This document shows, piece by piece, positions 49,087 to 62,641 of a stretch of 64,000 nucleotides of DNA. The notes under the pieces are model-generated. The model ran no database searches. It worked only from the letters and a program-made list of their open reading frames with translations, and was not told where the DNA came from. The DNA is from Balanoglossus misakiensis (lineage: Eukaryota > Animalia > Hemichordata): positions 11,234,894 to 11,298,893 of the forward strand of contig CM082589.2 of assembly GCA_040954595.2 (NCBI GenBank), read 5' to 3'. How positions within the stretch are numbered: the first letter of the stretch is position 1; each line of letters starts with the position of its first letter. The translations under genes and the position numbers were made by a program.

Positions 49087-51600
49087 GCATGCATGCATGC
49101 ATGTATGTATGTATGTATGTATGTATGTATGTATGTATGTATGTATGTATGTATGTATGTATGTATGTATGTATGTATGTATGTATGTATGTATGTATGT
49201 ATGTATGTATGTATGTATGTATGTATGTATGTATGTATGTATGTATGTATGTATGTATGTATGTATGTATGTATGTATGTATGTATGTATGTATGTATGT
49301 ATGTATGTATGTATGTATGTATGTATGTATGTATGTATGTATGTATGTATGTATGTATGTATGTATGTATGTATGTATGTATGTATGTATGTATGTATGT
49401 ATGTATGTATGTATGTATGTATGTATGTATGTATGTATGTATGTATGTATGTATGTATGTATGTATGTATGTATGTATGTATGTATGTATGTATGTATGT
49501 ATGTATGTATGTATGTATGTATGTATGTATGTATGTATGTATGTATGTATGTATGTATGTATGTATGTATGTATGTATGTATGTATGTATGTATGTATGT
49601 ATGTATGTATGTATGTATGTATGTATGTATGTATGTATGTATGTATGTATGTATGTATGTATGTATGTATGTATGTATGTATGTATGTATGTATGTATGT
49701 ATGTATGTATGTATGTATGTATGTATGTATGTATGTATGTATGTATGTATGTATGTATGTATGTATGTATGTATGTATGTATGTATGTATGTATGTATGT
49801 ATGTATGTATGTATGTATGTATGTATGTATGTATGTATGTATGTATGTATGTATGTATGTATGTATGTATGTATGTATGTATGTATGTATGTATGTATGT
49901 ATGTATGTATGTATGTATGTATGTATGTATGTATGTATGTATGTATGTATGTATGTATGTATGTATGTATGTATGTATGTATGTATGTATGTATGTATGT
50001 ATGTATGTATGTATGTATGTATGTATGTATGTATGTATGTATGTATGTATGTATGTATGTATGTATGTATGTATGTATGTATGTATGTATGTATGTATGT
50101 ATGTATGTATGTATGTATGTATGTATGTATGTATGTATGTATGTATGTATGTATGTATGTATGTATGTATGTATGTATGTATGTATGTATGTATGTATGT
50201 ATGTATGTATGTATGTATGTATGTATGTATGTATGTATGTATGTATGTATGTATGTATGTATGTATGTATGTATGTATGTATGTATGTATGTATGTATGT
50301 ATGTATGTATGTATGTATGTATGTATGTATGTATGTATGTATGTATGTATGTATGTATGTATGTATGTATGTATGTATGTATGTATGTATGTATGTATGT
50401 ATGTATGTATGTATGTATGTATGTATGTATGTATGTATGTATGTATGTATGTATGTATGTATGTATGTATGTATGTATGTATGTATGTATGTATGTATGT
50501 ATGTATGTATGTATGTATGTATGTATGTATGTATGTATGTATGTATGTATGTATGTATGTATGTATGTATGTATGTATGTATGTATGTATGTATGTATGT
50601 ATGTATGTATGTATGTATGTATGTATGTATGTATGTATGTATGTATGTATGTATGTATGTATGTATGTATGTATGTATGTATGTATGTATGTATGTATGT
50701 ATGTATGTATGTATGTATGTATGTATGTATGTATGTATGTATGTATGTATGTATGTATGTATGTATGTATGTATGTATGTATGTATGTATGTATGTATGT
50801 ATGTATGTATGTATGTATGTATGTATGTATGTATGTATGTATGTATGTATGTATGTATGTATGTATGTATGTATGTATGTATGTATGTATGTATGTATGT
50901 ATGTATGTATGTATGTATGTATGTATGTATGTATGTATGTATGTATGTATGTATGTATGTATGTATGTATGTATGTATGTATGTATGTATGTATGTATGT
51001 ATGTATGTATGTATGTATGTATGTATGTATGTATGTATGTATGTATGTATGTATGTATGTATGTATGTATGTATGTATGTATGTATGTATGTATGTATGT
51101 ATGTATGTATGTATGTATGTATGTATGTATGTATGTATGTATGTATGTATGTATGTATGTATGTATGTATGTATGTATGTATGTATGTATGTATGTATGT
51201 ATGTATGTATGTATGTATGTATGTATGTATGTATGTATGTATGTATGTATGTATGTATGTATGTATGTATGTATGTATGTATGTATGTATGTATGTATGT
51301 ATGTATGTATGCATGCATGCATGCATGCATGCATGCATGCATGCATGCATGCATGCATGCATGCATGCATGCATGCATGCATGCATGCATGCATGCATGC
51401 ATGCATGCATGCATGCATGCATGCATGCATGCATGCATGCATGCATGCATGCATGCATGCATGCATGCATGCATGCATGCATGCATGCATGCATGCATGC
51501 ATGCATGCATGCATGCATGCATGCATGCATGCATGCATGCATGCATGCATGCATGCATGCATGCATGCATGCATGCATGCATGCATGCATGCATGCATGC
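49087..51600. repeat. Perfect microsatellite: ~550 x ATGT followed by ~73 x ATGC
   Basis: ATGT from 49101 to 51308 and ATGC from 51309 to 51600, with no visible interruptions. Confidence 0.99.
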
Positions 51601-53329
51601 GGTGGCTTGAACGTGTAAGAGTTGATGGTATTGGTTATGTAGTTGTGTTTTATCTAATGGTAGTGTGATTTTAATTGTGTATGAGGCGATGGCAGTTTTG
51701 TCAGGCTTTTTTTATTTTCGTGTCGAGCGACATCCAATATGGCGGTTGTCGTTATATACTGAAAGGGTTTCGTTTGTATGCATGTTTTGGCAAATTGTAT
51801 ATATGTTAAGATGGTGAAGTTTGCTTGAAGGAATAGAAACATCAGAGGCTGGGTACATCGGAGTTTCTATTTAATTCCATACAAGTTGAAATTAAGCTTA
51901 TTTTTGGAGTGTATACAGGTACATATGATTATTTAGAAACGGTTTTAGGCAAGTGAATCTGCTGAATTCGGGCGATCGGTCTTGTATCGTGTGTATGAAA
52001 CGTACAAGCAGTGGTAGGATATTATTTTGGGATGTGTACTTCAATAGTTTCCATGTCTCTTATATGTATTTGTCAAAAAATAAACAGTAGTAAAAATGGA
52101 TTGTATTTTCCATTATTTTTTCTGTTAATATTGTATGTTTACATGACCAAAAGCCTTAAGGTTTTCATTGGAATTTATATCAGGGTAATCAATTTGTTTA
52201 TGATAATTATTTGCTTCAAATATGGAACAATCTGTGTGAGTACATAACAGAAACATTGCTAGATAATTTGACATTTGAATTGTTCGTAAGAATGTGAGGA
52301 CAAGCATAGAATGGCCAAATTATGCTGGTGACCACTCTGTTTAGTGTGTATGCTTTCTAGTCGTGACAGGCATGTTAAAAACATAGACAATGAAATCTGG
52401 TTGGAGCATGAAAAGTAGAGTTGACTTGTTAACATATTTTGATGCCATGAAACCATTATGTGGACAGGACAATTTATGTGACCAAGAATTGATTTTCTGA
52501 ATATCACAAGGTTGATAGTGAATTCATTGTAATTTGTTGTCCTGTTTAAGTAGTGGGGTTATTGTAAAAAAATCATCATTCGCTATCTTGTACTTGGAGT
52601 GATGTCATCTCGACATTGATACATTATGGCTATTGAGAGGTGTGTGTTATGCAGGCAAGTGTATATCTTGATGTACTTGTTTAAATACACAATTATACTT
52701 AATGATTTAATTTAAAAGTTTTGTTTATTTTCTTGACAGTTTTGGCTACCAAAGAGTTCTCAAGGTGAGTGTTGGTGTACATCAGTGCAAAGTATCATGT
52801 ACAAACTAAGAGATCAACACACTCAAATGTGTATTGTGTCGTGTACGAATTAGTTTCGTAAATCATTTGTAGATGACGTGTTTAGTTTTGTGGTAAGTGA
52901 CACTGAGGTTTCAGATCGGATAGGATGATTGTCCAGTGCCATGCATTGTGTGTTAACATGTGAAAGCACTAGCCTAATTTGTTTGAAATTTGGTATTCAG
53001 GGATGATGTAAGAAAAAATAATTTTAACAGTTCATAGAATCAGTGTTTATTAATACTTCAAAAAGGTATGTGACTTGAATGTGTGCAGTACATCATTGTG
53101 CTATGTGGTGTTAACACCATTGAATAGTGCCATTACTTACAGCAATCTTACAGCAATGGCTTCAGTAAAACATTGAGTATGATTTGTGTGATTCCTGATA
53201 CCCCTGTCTTGTCATTTGTGATGTTTTACTGTGTACTTTTTGAAATAAAGAAACTGGTGTGTTAGTTGAATATGTCAGTGAGTGAATGTGCAATTGGACA
53301 GTGTGTTGGCAGTTAGTGGAGATAAAAAA

Positions 53330-53401
53330 TCCTCATGGTGTAATGGTTAACACACTTGTCACTTTGTGATAAGAGATCCAGGTTCGATTCCTGGTGGGGA
53401 T
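53330..53401 (+). pseudogene. Second copy of the tRNA-derived sequence
   Basis: tcctcatggtgtaatggttaacacacttgtcactttgtgataagagatccaggttcgattcctggtgggga, in inverted orientation to 47282-47353. Confidence 0.65.
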
Positions 53402-56400
53402 GATGAAAAAAAGAGTCCATTAGGTGTGTGTTTGAGTATGAGTGTAATATATGTATGTACGTATTTATGCATGTATGTAGCCAGCAAACACACAAAACAT
53501 ATTGTGTATATTCAATTCCATACAGTGTTTGATAATAAATATGTTGCTGTTTTACAATTTGGCATTCACTGCTGATAATTAGGTTTCCATAGATACAAGC
53601 GGAATGCAATAGAAGAGGGATAACCATATACATGTATAGAAAAGGTAGGTTACCCCTTCCCCTATCATCCAAATACTACCACAGAGGGTGCTATACTATA
53701 TGACCATCAACTGAGTATCATTCAAATACTCTGTGCACAGTGGGTAAATACACATTTGTTTTTTTAGGAGACTTTCATCAGTTGCAGTAAAATACAACAT
53801 GACTACACTATATACACCAATGAGAATGGCCATGTAATTCAGAGAGTGCTTGATATTAAAACTGTTTCATAGTTGTGGCCTTTACTGCTGATAATTAGGT
53901 TACCATAGATACAAGCCCAATGCAACATGACAGGGATAAACATATGCAAAGACAAGATTTAACCCCACCTCCATAATCAAAATACTACCACAGAGGGCGC
54001 TATACTATATGACCATCAACTGAGTATCCTTCAAATACTCTGTGCACAGTGGGTAAAGACACATTTGGTTTTTTAGGAGACTTTCACCAGTTGCAGTAAA
54101 ATACAACGTGACTACACTATATGCACCAATGAGAATGGCCGTGTAATTCAGAGTGCTTGATATTAAAACTGTTTCAAAGCTGTGGCCTTTACTGCTGATA
54201 ATTAGGTTACCATAGATACAAGTGGAATGGAACCGGACAGGGATAAACATACAAAGGCTAGGTTAACCCCCCCCCCAATACTACCACAGAGGGCGCTATA
54301 CTGATCATCAAGTCTGTACCATTGAAATAAATCTGTGCAGAGTGGGTAAATTAGGCATTTGGTTCTTCAGATTTTCATAAGTTGCACTAAAATGCTATGT
54401 GGCCCACTACAAGGACAAATAAGTCAAAAATGGCAAATTTGACGTTTACTTTGAGGTTGGCATGGGGCAAACGAGACAATACAAGAACACTGAAACTCAA
54501 TTAGTGAAACACTAAAGTTGTACTTTATTTCTCTAACAAACTTAGAGAAAATTTACATGGCCATCTTTTTACTCAGAGACCTGATGTTGAATAGAAATGT
54601 GGTAGTGCAGGTCCACATGAGTGCCGTGTACTAGCCTCTCTCTCTGCAAATCCATCCACAACTTGCATGCAGATAGTGGGAGTCTGATGTAAGCAACTAC
54701 TGCAGTTACAGTCAGGACGTAAGTGGGATAATTAAACAGCAGGGGATCATGCAATGCAAACACTTGAACTGGCCAGTAACGTTTGAATTGCTCATTTGCA
54801 TACAGTTTTTCAACTTTTTTCACAACGAAAGTTAAGCAACTAGCAACCCATTTCTGACAATTATTTCACCCCAGGCACATTACTGGTACTATGAGTGTAC
54901 TACTTGTGATTTTTCATGAAGTTTTATCGAGAAGAATTTCTTTACTTCCACTGACAAAATTGTGATCTCGAAATTCAAAGTGACCTTGAAGTTACAAAAA
55001 AAAAAATATCAGCCATACCCACACAAAAATTAACCCCCTCAGGTTTTAGAAACATTATTAAACTCCTCTATTCATAATTTTGACATGAATATATCCATGC
55101 CGAGAGTCAAGGACCACAATTTACTGTGCCATAGGTCAGTCCTGAGAAGTCAGTCAGCGTGAATAGTGTATAGACTCCTTATGTAATATGCTAATGAGAG
55201 ATAACGACGCGTTGAAAAGGAAGCCATTACGTCATGGGTTAACATGCGTTGACCTACTTCAATGCATACACATATGGCAAACACGGCTGTACTCGTCGAT
55301 GGCGAAGGCAATTTTTACACCGTCATTACTCCACAACGGAGCGGCTCACACTATTATAATTTCACGGTAACTTAGTTCAATATCTTCCTAACCTACCCAA
55401 TTTTTTTCAAGACAAGAAATCTTTGCCGAGAGTCAAGGACCACAATTTAAACCAACATACCGAAACTGTCTTTCTCGGGAAAGCGTCGTTAAAACTTCAC
55501 GAAAAATCATCCTATCATTGACTATGGTGTTTCATACACGTCTTAGAAAAATGGGTGCACTACGATCACTTGTAGTACCGAAAATCTCCGTTTGAAAATT
55601 TTTCGAACTGGCCGTAACTGCCACTCAGCGACTTTCACATTCAAATAGATCTCTTTGATCTCACCGCCGTAATTACCCCACTTTCGTCCTGACTGGTTAA
55701 TACTTACAAAGTGTATTACCTCCAACACCCCATGGACGGTATCATGTCATCACCAGTAGCTATAGGTTCTTTTAACACCTTGAGAGAAAAAAATGGATTG
55801 TTACTGATAGATTACAAAGCACTGACAATACAAGAGGGGGAGGGGTAAGGTTTGTTGAGAGCAGTTGTTTTTTGCTAAACATTAGTGAAAATATGAAATT
55901 ATTGACATGTAGGATTTCAATTTTATGATGTAAGAGTATTTTATAATATCTCACCGGGACTTCAGTTGTCGCTGTAGTATTTAACCCAAGTTTAACTGTG
56001 CCACCCACGTCCATGCATGGCAAGGTTTTCTCTCCCAAAAGTTTCAGTTTGGTATCCCAGTTACCATCAGTTGCACTTACTCCACGCCTTCTAAGTTGAA
56101 TGCGATTTACCATCACAGGATTCATACTGTGGTGCAAAGACAATTAAAAACATCGATTGTAAGTCATTTAGTAGTGATACCATTGTGACCAAACCTCGTT
56201 TTAAAATACATGTAATCTGTACTCGAAACTATCATTTTTTTCTTTCTAGAATATTAGAACGAAAATGCGACCTGTAAGCGAGTGCCGCGTTTCAATTGGT
56301 ACTGACGATAAACACCGCCACTCGGAGATAAAATCAACGTTTTTTTTTTAATGCAAGTGAACGCATGGAGGCGGCCATATTGAATTTAGGTTACATCCCA

Positions 56401-56597
56401 AGACATTCCGACTGGGCTTCAGGTGGATTCGGGAAAGGTCTCTAAAACATAATCGGTCATCCAATTTTGTATACTAAATTTCTAAAAATGTAGGACATGG
56501 GAGGTTAACATACCCACAATGACTACACACAAAAAAGGGCCCAGGCGTTTCGGGGTGCGATTGTTACGTACCTTAGCTCCATCATCTGCAACCATGC

Positions 56598-57472
56598 AGC
56601 CAAGGCGTGGCAGTGAAATTGTGCCTCATTGAGGATACAGTCTAGATCCGGAATTCAGCCAACGGCAAACTGTTTAGCGTGCCTTGTATGCAGCAGGATG
56701 GCAACGTTCTGGAACTTAAATTCTGGAAAGAAAATCCGAAATAGCTGAACAGATAACAGAAGAGAGAATACATACAGCTCCGCAACTTTTCCACTGGAAG
56801 ATATAATACCATTTGCCTCTATGATAGAGCAAAGGTATGTTATAATCGCACCCCGAAACTTATGGGCCTTTTTTTTGACGTAGTCATTTTGGGTATCTTA
56901 ACCTCCCATCTTCTACATTTTTAGAAATTTACTCTACAAAATTGAATGACCCATTACATTTTAGAGACCTTTCCCGAATTCAACCGAAGCCTAATCGGAA
57001 GGTCTTCGGATGTAATCCAATATGGCAGCCTCCATGCGATCACGTACATTGAAAATCCATTGATTTCATCGCCGATTACCGATGTTTATCGTCAATACCG
57101 ATTCAAACGCGGCACTCGTTTACAAGTCGCATTTATTTTTGATCGCGTTCCAATATTTTAAACAAACTAGATTACTGATAAAAATGCTCAAAAGTTTTAT
57201 TTATTTTTGATCGCGTTCCAATATTTTAAACAAACTAGATTACTGATAAAAATGCTCAAAAGTTTTCCTCCAAATGCCATCTTTACGGATTCAGTCACAC
57301 AACTTACAGACTACGCCAAACTTTTTTCCAGATCATACCTTGCGGGCGTAAAGCGATGGATATACCTGAAAAATTGGTAACAGAATTGTATCATCCGCCA
57401 CAAATAATGATATCAGAAGTCGAGATATCTCCACAGAAGAAGAGGGTGTGCGTTGTAGGAAAAGTCCATGAT
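56598..57472 (+). pseudogene. OB-fold gene fragment (exon A with stops, plus exon B)
   Basis: 56598-56834 is a copy of exon 59884-60153 with in-frame stops. AG-GT exon 57332-57472 reads IIPCGRKAMDIPEKLVTELYHPPQIMISEVEISPQKKRVCVVGKVHD. Confidence 0.65.
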
Positions 57473-59883
57473 GTGAGTACTGTCAAATGTTGCACAAATA
57501 GCCGTTAAACCTGAAATATAGATTGAAAGTGGATATTGTTTTACACAATTTTTGAACATTGAAGTAAAGTATTAGAATGATGGAATCCGATAAAAAAAGT
57601 GAGTTGGTAATTTCGGCATCCGACTTCGTTATTAAAAATGGAAAGGTTTGCGATTCGGTTCAAGTAGTATTTGCAAGTTTGAAAGGAAATATTTCATTGA
57701 AGTACAGTGGCAACTACTGCATTATTGAGAATCTTTGAAATGTTGATGAACGGAGACTTATAATAGAATAAATGAAAACCTACCTTTAACGGTGTTAGGG
57801 TTACTACACCTGACAGACCGCTGGTCTGCGTCCGACCGATTCTGAGCTCCTAGCTCTTGTGGAGACATGCGGAGGTACAGCGGGTTAACGGTTAGGAAGT
57901 GTTGATGAAAGGAATGATTAATTACATAGGCCAATCAGGATCCTGGAGTTAGATATTCGAGTGAAATGGTGGAAAAACGGGAATGCCGATTGGTTCAATT
58001 TAACCGGAGGGAAATTGCTACATTATATGACGTCAGTTGCGAACGATAATGCATATATTAAGCTAAGGTTGAATCCGGTTTTTCCATCAAGCACAAGCAT
58101 ATTTCAGTCATAAAAAAAACGAAGAGAATAACACTAAAAAAATATTTCCTTTTTAAAAACTTCACTATAGCATTATTATAATGATGTACGTCGTACATAA
58201 AATGATACACGTGACATCGACTTGTTCAGAGTTTTAAAACAGGTAGAGAGTGCCCATGGGTAACCCGAAAACACACAAACCGGGTAAAAAATGAAAGTCC
58301 TGCGAAGGCCAGGAGTATACACTGAAAAATTACAATAAATCTAGTACAAAGGTTTGTATCCTCACGAATAATTAACTCTGATTGCATAAGTTTATTTCCG
58401 TCTCATTACCTTCTGAAAGCAAATCACTCACTTGCCAGTAAAAGTTGAGTAAAATACTACATCTAAACTGCATAGCGATGGCGGCCCATAAAAATAATTG
58501 CCCAGTGTCCCACTCGCAATGCACAACTTTTTAGGCCAAGTGCTAATGATATTCGAATTTTCGAAGGTTACGCAATATACACATACATGTATAAATATTA
58601 ATTTATGAACAATTTCCAGTGTTCACGCTGGGATTTCTTTCGTTCTAGTTTACTCGTTATATAATGTACCAATTCCCTCCGGTAAGTTGAGCCGATTCCC
58701 ATCACTTTGAGCCAATCGATATTCATGGTTTTTCAGCATTTCAGTCGACTATATTTACACCTGTTGCATGTCTTTGCAGTTTTTGACTTGACGCTTACAA
58801 CCGAGTCGCACCGCACGCAGTACTATCTTGTTGTCTTCATGTTTAGTTGTTGTTTTGCGCACACTATTTGCACAAAAATATCTGCTCGTTTTGTTATCAA
58901 CGATCGAGTATATGTTAGGAAGTCCGACATAGAGAACTTTGTTCTAAATATTCAATGCCCCACAAATGATATACTACACTGCTCGACACAACACACCCCA
59001 GCCATACTCCATTAGTACACGCCACAAACACCGTATTTATACAGCCTGAGGGATTTCAGCTTCGAACTTATTGCCCAATCATATTCGACTATTTCCAACC
59101 AATCCCCTTCTGACTAATTGACCAATCACACGCTTCGAGCATAATTTCCAAAAAAGGGAAAACTAACGAATTTGCTACATCTTTCCGGTTTCATCTTCAA
59201 CAGTTTCTAACATTTTTTTGGACCCCCCCCCCCTCGATAAACACCCATACTCAAAGGGTAACTTCATTTAATTGTCAGTAAATAAAATCAATTCACAGTC
59301 TTATTACATGTACTATTTATAATATACTCAAATTTCCACTACAAAATATCTGTATATGTGCGTTAAATTCTGAAATCTTTCCACCCAAACCTCTAGTTAT
59401 GCAAATTTAAATTGCTGTCTGTTGCGTTCGCCTACGGTTTCTCATTTTCGGACATTCGAATCTAACTCCTGATTGGCCTATAAACTTATTTCTTTCATCA
59501 ACACTTTCTAACCGTTAACCCGCTGTACCTCCGCATGTCTCCACAAGAGCTAGGAGCTCAGAATCGGATGAACGAGACAAGCGGTCTCTCACGTTTAGTA
59601 ACCGTAACACCGTTAAAGGTAGGTTTTCATTGATTCTAATAAGTCTCCGTTCATCAACATTTCAAAAATTCTCCATAACCCAGTAGTTGCCACTGTGCTT
59701 CACTTGCAAATGGTAACCGAATCTCAAATCGCAAATCTTTCCATTTTTAATAACGAAGTCGGATGCCGCAATCACCAACTCACTTTTTTATCGGACTCCA
59801 TCATTCTAATACTTTACTTCAATTGTCAAAAATTGTGTAAAACAATATCCACTCTCAATCTATATTTCAGGTTTAACGGCGTT

Positions 59884-60777
59884 ATGGCATCCCCGGCTCC
59901 CGGTCCCTCATCCCCAACCAGCCAAGGCGTGGCACTGAAATTGCGCCTCATGGAGGATGTCGAGATCCGGAATTCCGCCAACGGGAAACTGTTTAGCGTG
60001 CCTTGTATGCAGCAGGATGGCAACGTTCTGGAACTTAAATTCTGGAAAGAAAATCCGAAGTGGCTGAACAGATTACAGAAGGGAGAATACGTACAGCTCC
60101 GCAACTTTTCCACTGGAAGAGATAATACCATTTGCCTCTATGATAGAGCAAAGGTACGTTATAATCGCACCCCGAAACTTATGGGCCTGACTTTTTTTTT
60201 GCCGTAGTCATTTTGGGTATCTTAACCTCCCATCTTCTACATTTTTAGAAATTTACTCTACAAAATTGAATGACCCATTACATTTTAGAGACCTTTCCCG
60301 AATTCAACCGAAGCCCAATGGGAAGGTCTTCAGATGTAATCCAATATGGCAGCCTCCATGCGATCACGTACATTGAAAATCCATTTATATGATACAACCA
60401 TGCCTTGTCAACTCACCTCGGGTCAAAATTACTGCCATCGATTCATCATTTTGCAGTTCAAATTTTAAAAAGCAACTGACAAAAAACAACCACTCTTGCA
60501 CTATTTCTCCACAACATTTACTACTCGTAATTATTAACATTCAATGTTTTCCATTTTATTTCCACTACAGTATGAATCAGTGACACATACATCGAATTCT
60601 ACAAAGAGACGTAAACTGACCATAACTGATGGCACAAGAGATGCTGAAGTCAACCTTTGGGGTGAGAAAACAGCGCTGCCACTGGATGTAGGTGCCACAG
60701 TTAAACTAGGCCCATTGGTTATCAACAGATATAAAACATCGTCCACATTAAATACAACAGCGACAACTGAAGTGGAG
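59884..60777 (+). pseudogene. RPA/SSB-like tandem OB-fold gene fragment (exons A and C)
   Basis: 59884-60153 reads MASPAPG..QQDGNVLELKFWKENPKWLNRLQKGEYVQLRNFS..RAK. 60571-60777 reads KRRKLTITDGTRDAEVNLWGEKTALPLDVGATVKL..YKTSSTLNTTATTEVE, a typical OB-fold pattern. The middle exon is absent from this copy. Confidence 0.65.
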
Positions 60778-60799
60778 GTGAGACATAAAATACTGTTCC

Positions 60800-62190
60800 T
60801 GATGCTCCGTGAGAACTGTCAAGTAGCCACGGTTCTAGGCGACATAGGATGGATGTCCACGGTACGGGAGGAGGCCATGCATGTATACGGGAAGGAAAAG
60901 AATGAAGCCAACCTGCCCGTACCATCCGACGCAGCCATAAAAACCTGCACACTACCTCGGGAGTTCAATCCAGGCCGCGTACGTGGGGGATTCGTTGGCC
61001 ATATCTCCCCGCAGTAGCCCACAAGAACCACCACCGCAGCTGACGACCTGGAGGAAACTTTGAGCATCTTCCGGGATCCGCAGCTGGAAAAACAGGTACT
61101 CGGTGGCGACAAGGACCAGGCGATGGAGGTGTCGGAAGGGCCAGACCCACCCCGCACCCGTGTATCACCCCCAATAGCAGTAGCGAGAGACGGGGGAAAC
61201 CAAGGGCTGCTGCAGGAGCCATCACCCCCACGCCAAGAAATGCTGCCGCTGCAGTCACTGATCAACCCATTGGAGCTGGAGGCGACGTTGGAGGCGGGGG
61301 AATATCTAATCCCCTGGGAACTTCGACGCCACCCCGGCAGCCCTACTAGGTCCAGATCCCCAACCCGGTCGCCGCGACCGGAGCGTTCTCGAGAGGAAAG
61401 GCGGGACCGCCCACCTTCCCGTGAACGACCATCCTTTTCACGCTGGGGAGATCTCAGCCCCAGACGTCGATCACCGATCCGGTATCCGACGCCGGAACCG
61501 CCCAAAGAAGACGAACGCCGCTGGAGGAGCGCCAGGCCGGCCCGAAGGAGCCCCCTATCCTCTGTTCCACATTACTCATCAGGCCCTTCTCCATGTCCGT
61601 TCCCGGGAGGCCGGAGGTCCACGCGCAAACTGAAGAAACACGCCTTTCAGTGCCACCTTCCAGTTATTTTTACTGAGAAGCCGGTAGTATTCCGCGAGCG
61701 GGACGCGGTTGAGGCGTTAGAGAAACTCACCTATACTGGCTGTGTGGTCCAGGAAATGAAATACCCGACCTGCTAGACTTCTATATCCGCAGGGGCGGAC
61801 CTGGACGGATCCCTACGGAATCCTTTTGTTCACCGGAGTCCATGGTGATGATGAAGCGCCTGTGCGTCTTCCAGGGGTGGGAGGTGCCGAACAGGTTCCG
61901 ACTGAGCTCCCCCACCACACCAGCGATTCTCATCCACTGGCGTGTCCTTAGCATACTGCTGAGGTGGGTATCCCAATCACGACAGGAAGAATTCCGGGAA
62001 ATCCGACCTCACCGGAAAACATCATCAATCCGGACACAGCAACCAGAGAGGACGGGGGCGGAAGCAGTCGCACAGAATCCATCGACGCAGGGGGAGCGAG
62101 GACGCGCCAGGGGTTTTTGATGCATTTTTTATCCCCCAAGCGTGCGCGGAGGAGTGCCGAGTGGAAGACGCGCCCACCACCATAGATGAC
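60800..62190 (+). mobile_element. GC-rich disrupted ORF of a probable mobile element (RS/Pro-rich region, degenerate C2H2-like motif)
   Basis: GC content rises abruptly. Frames 61060-61776 and 61842-62120 contain RSRSPTRSP, CPFPGG..KLKKHAFQCHLP and LIHWRVLSILL, and are broken by stops or frameshifts. The segment ends near the Gypsy LTR. Confidence 0.45.
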
Positions 62191-62219
62191 CTCACTGACT
62201 ACGATGTTGGTGTCCCCCC

Positions 62220-62422
62220 TGTTATGTTTCCATCAACATGGGAATAATAATGCGATCATAAGGTATAACAACAACCTATTATTGATCGGCTGAAAAGACT
62301 CAACAATGTGCTTCGCCTTATCTGGGCGGAAGTGACGTCGTACAGCAATTCATAAACAAGTGGAACACCAACAATGCAACACTAGAGGGCGCTATATTGA
62401 TCGTAGCTGTCAGAATACTACA
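62220..62422 (-). mobile_element. 3' LTR (~203 bp) of a Gypsy retrotransposon
   Basis: On the - strand, the PPT AAAGAAGAGGGGA is immediately followed by TGTAGTATT, and the segment ends AACATAACA (TG...CA). Confidence 0.75.
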
Positions 62423-62641
62423 TCCCCTCTTCTTTAAGATAAATTGTTTCAAAACTCTTTTTGAATACGAATGTCACTGTGAATTGTCCTGTGCAAACTC
62501 TGCATTCATCTTGAATCAGTCTTTGTCAAAATCAAACGCAACGAACATGAAAAATACTCTGGGAAAAATGTGATAAATTTTCCTCTGTATAACTCAACTT
62601 TCTGTGGAACAAATGGCGTATCTCAATATCAGAAAAAGCTA

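Larger units (their letters stand above)
53240..57890. repeat. Right arm of the mosaic inverted duplication; includes ~310-bp tandem repeats (53540-54350)
   Basis: Reverse-complement matches to 43935-47440. taccacagaggg(c/t)gctatact recurs at about 53677, 53986 and 54282. Confidence 0.85.

Noticed and set aside
48992-51668. ORFs of more than 800 aa (MYVC/HTYI repeats), and similar ones at 46787-47409
   Set aside because: These are translations of tetranucleotide microsatellites.
57136-57266. ~67-bp exact tandem duplication (also ~44 bp at 36793-36870)
   Set aside because: These are ordinary local slippage duplications with no sign of function.
60819-61505. 228-aa minus-strand ORF
   Set aside because: It is the antisense shadow of the GC-rich plus-strand ORF.
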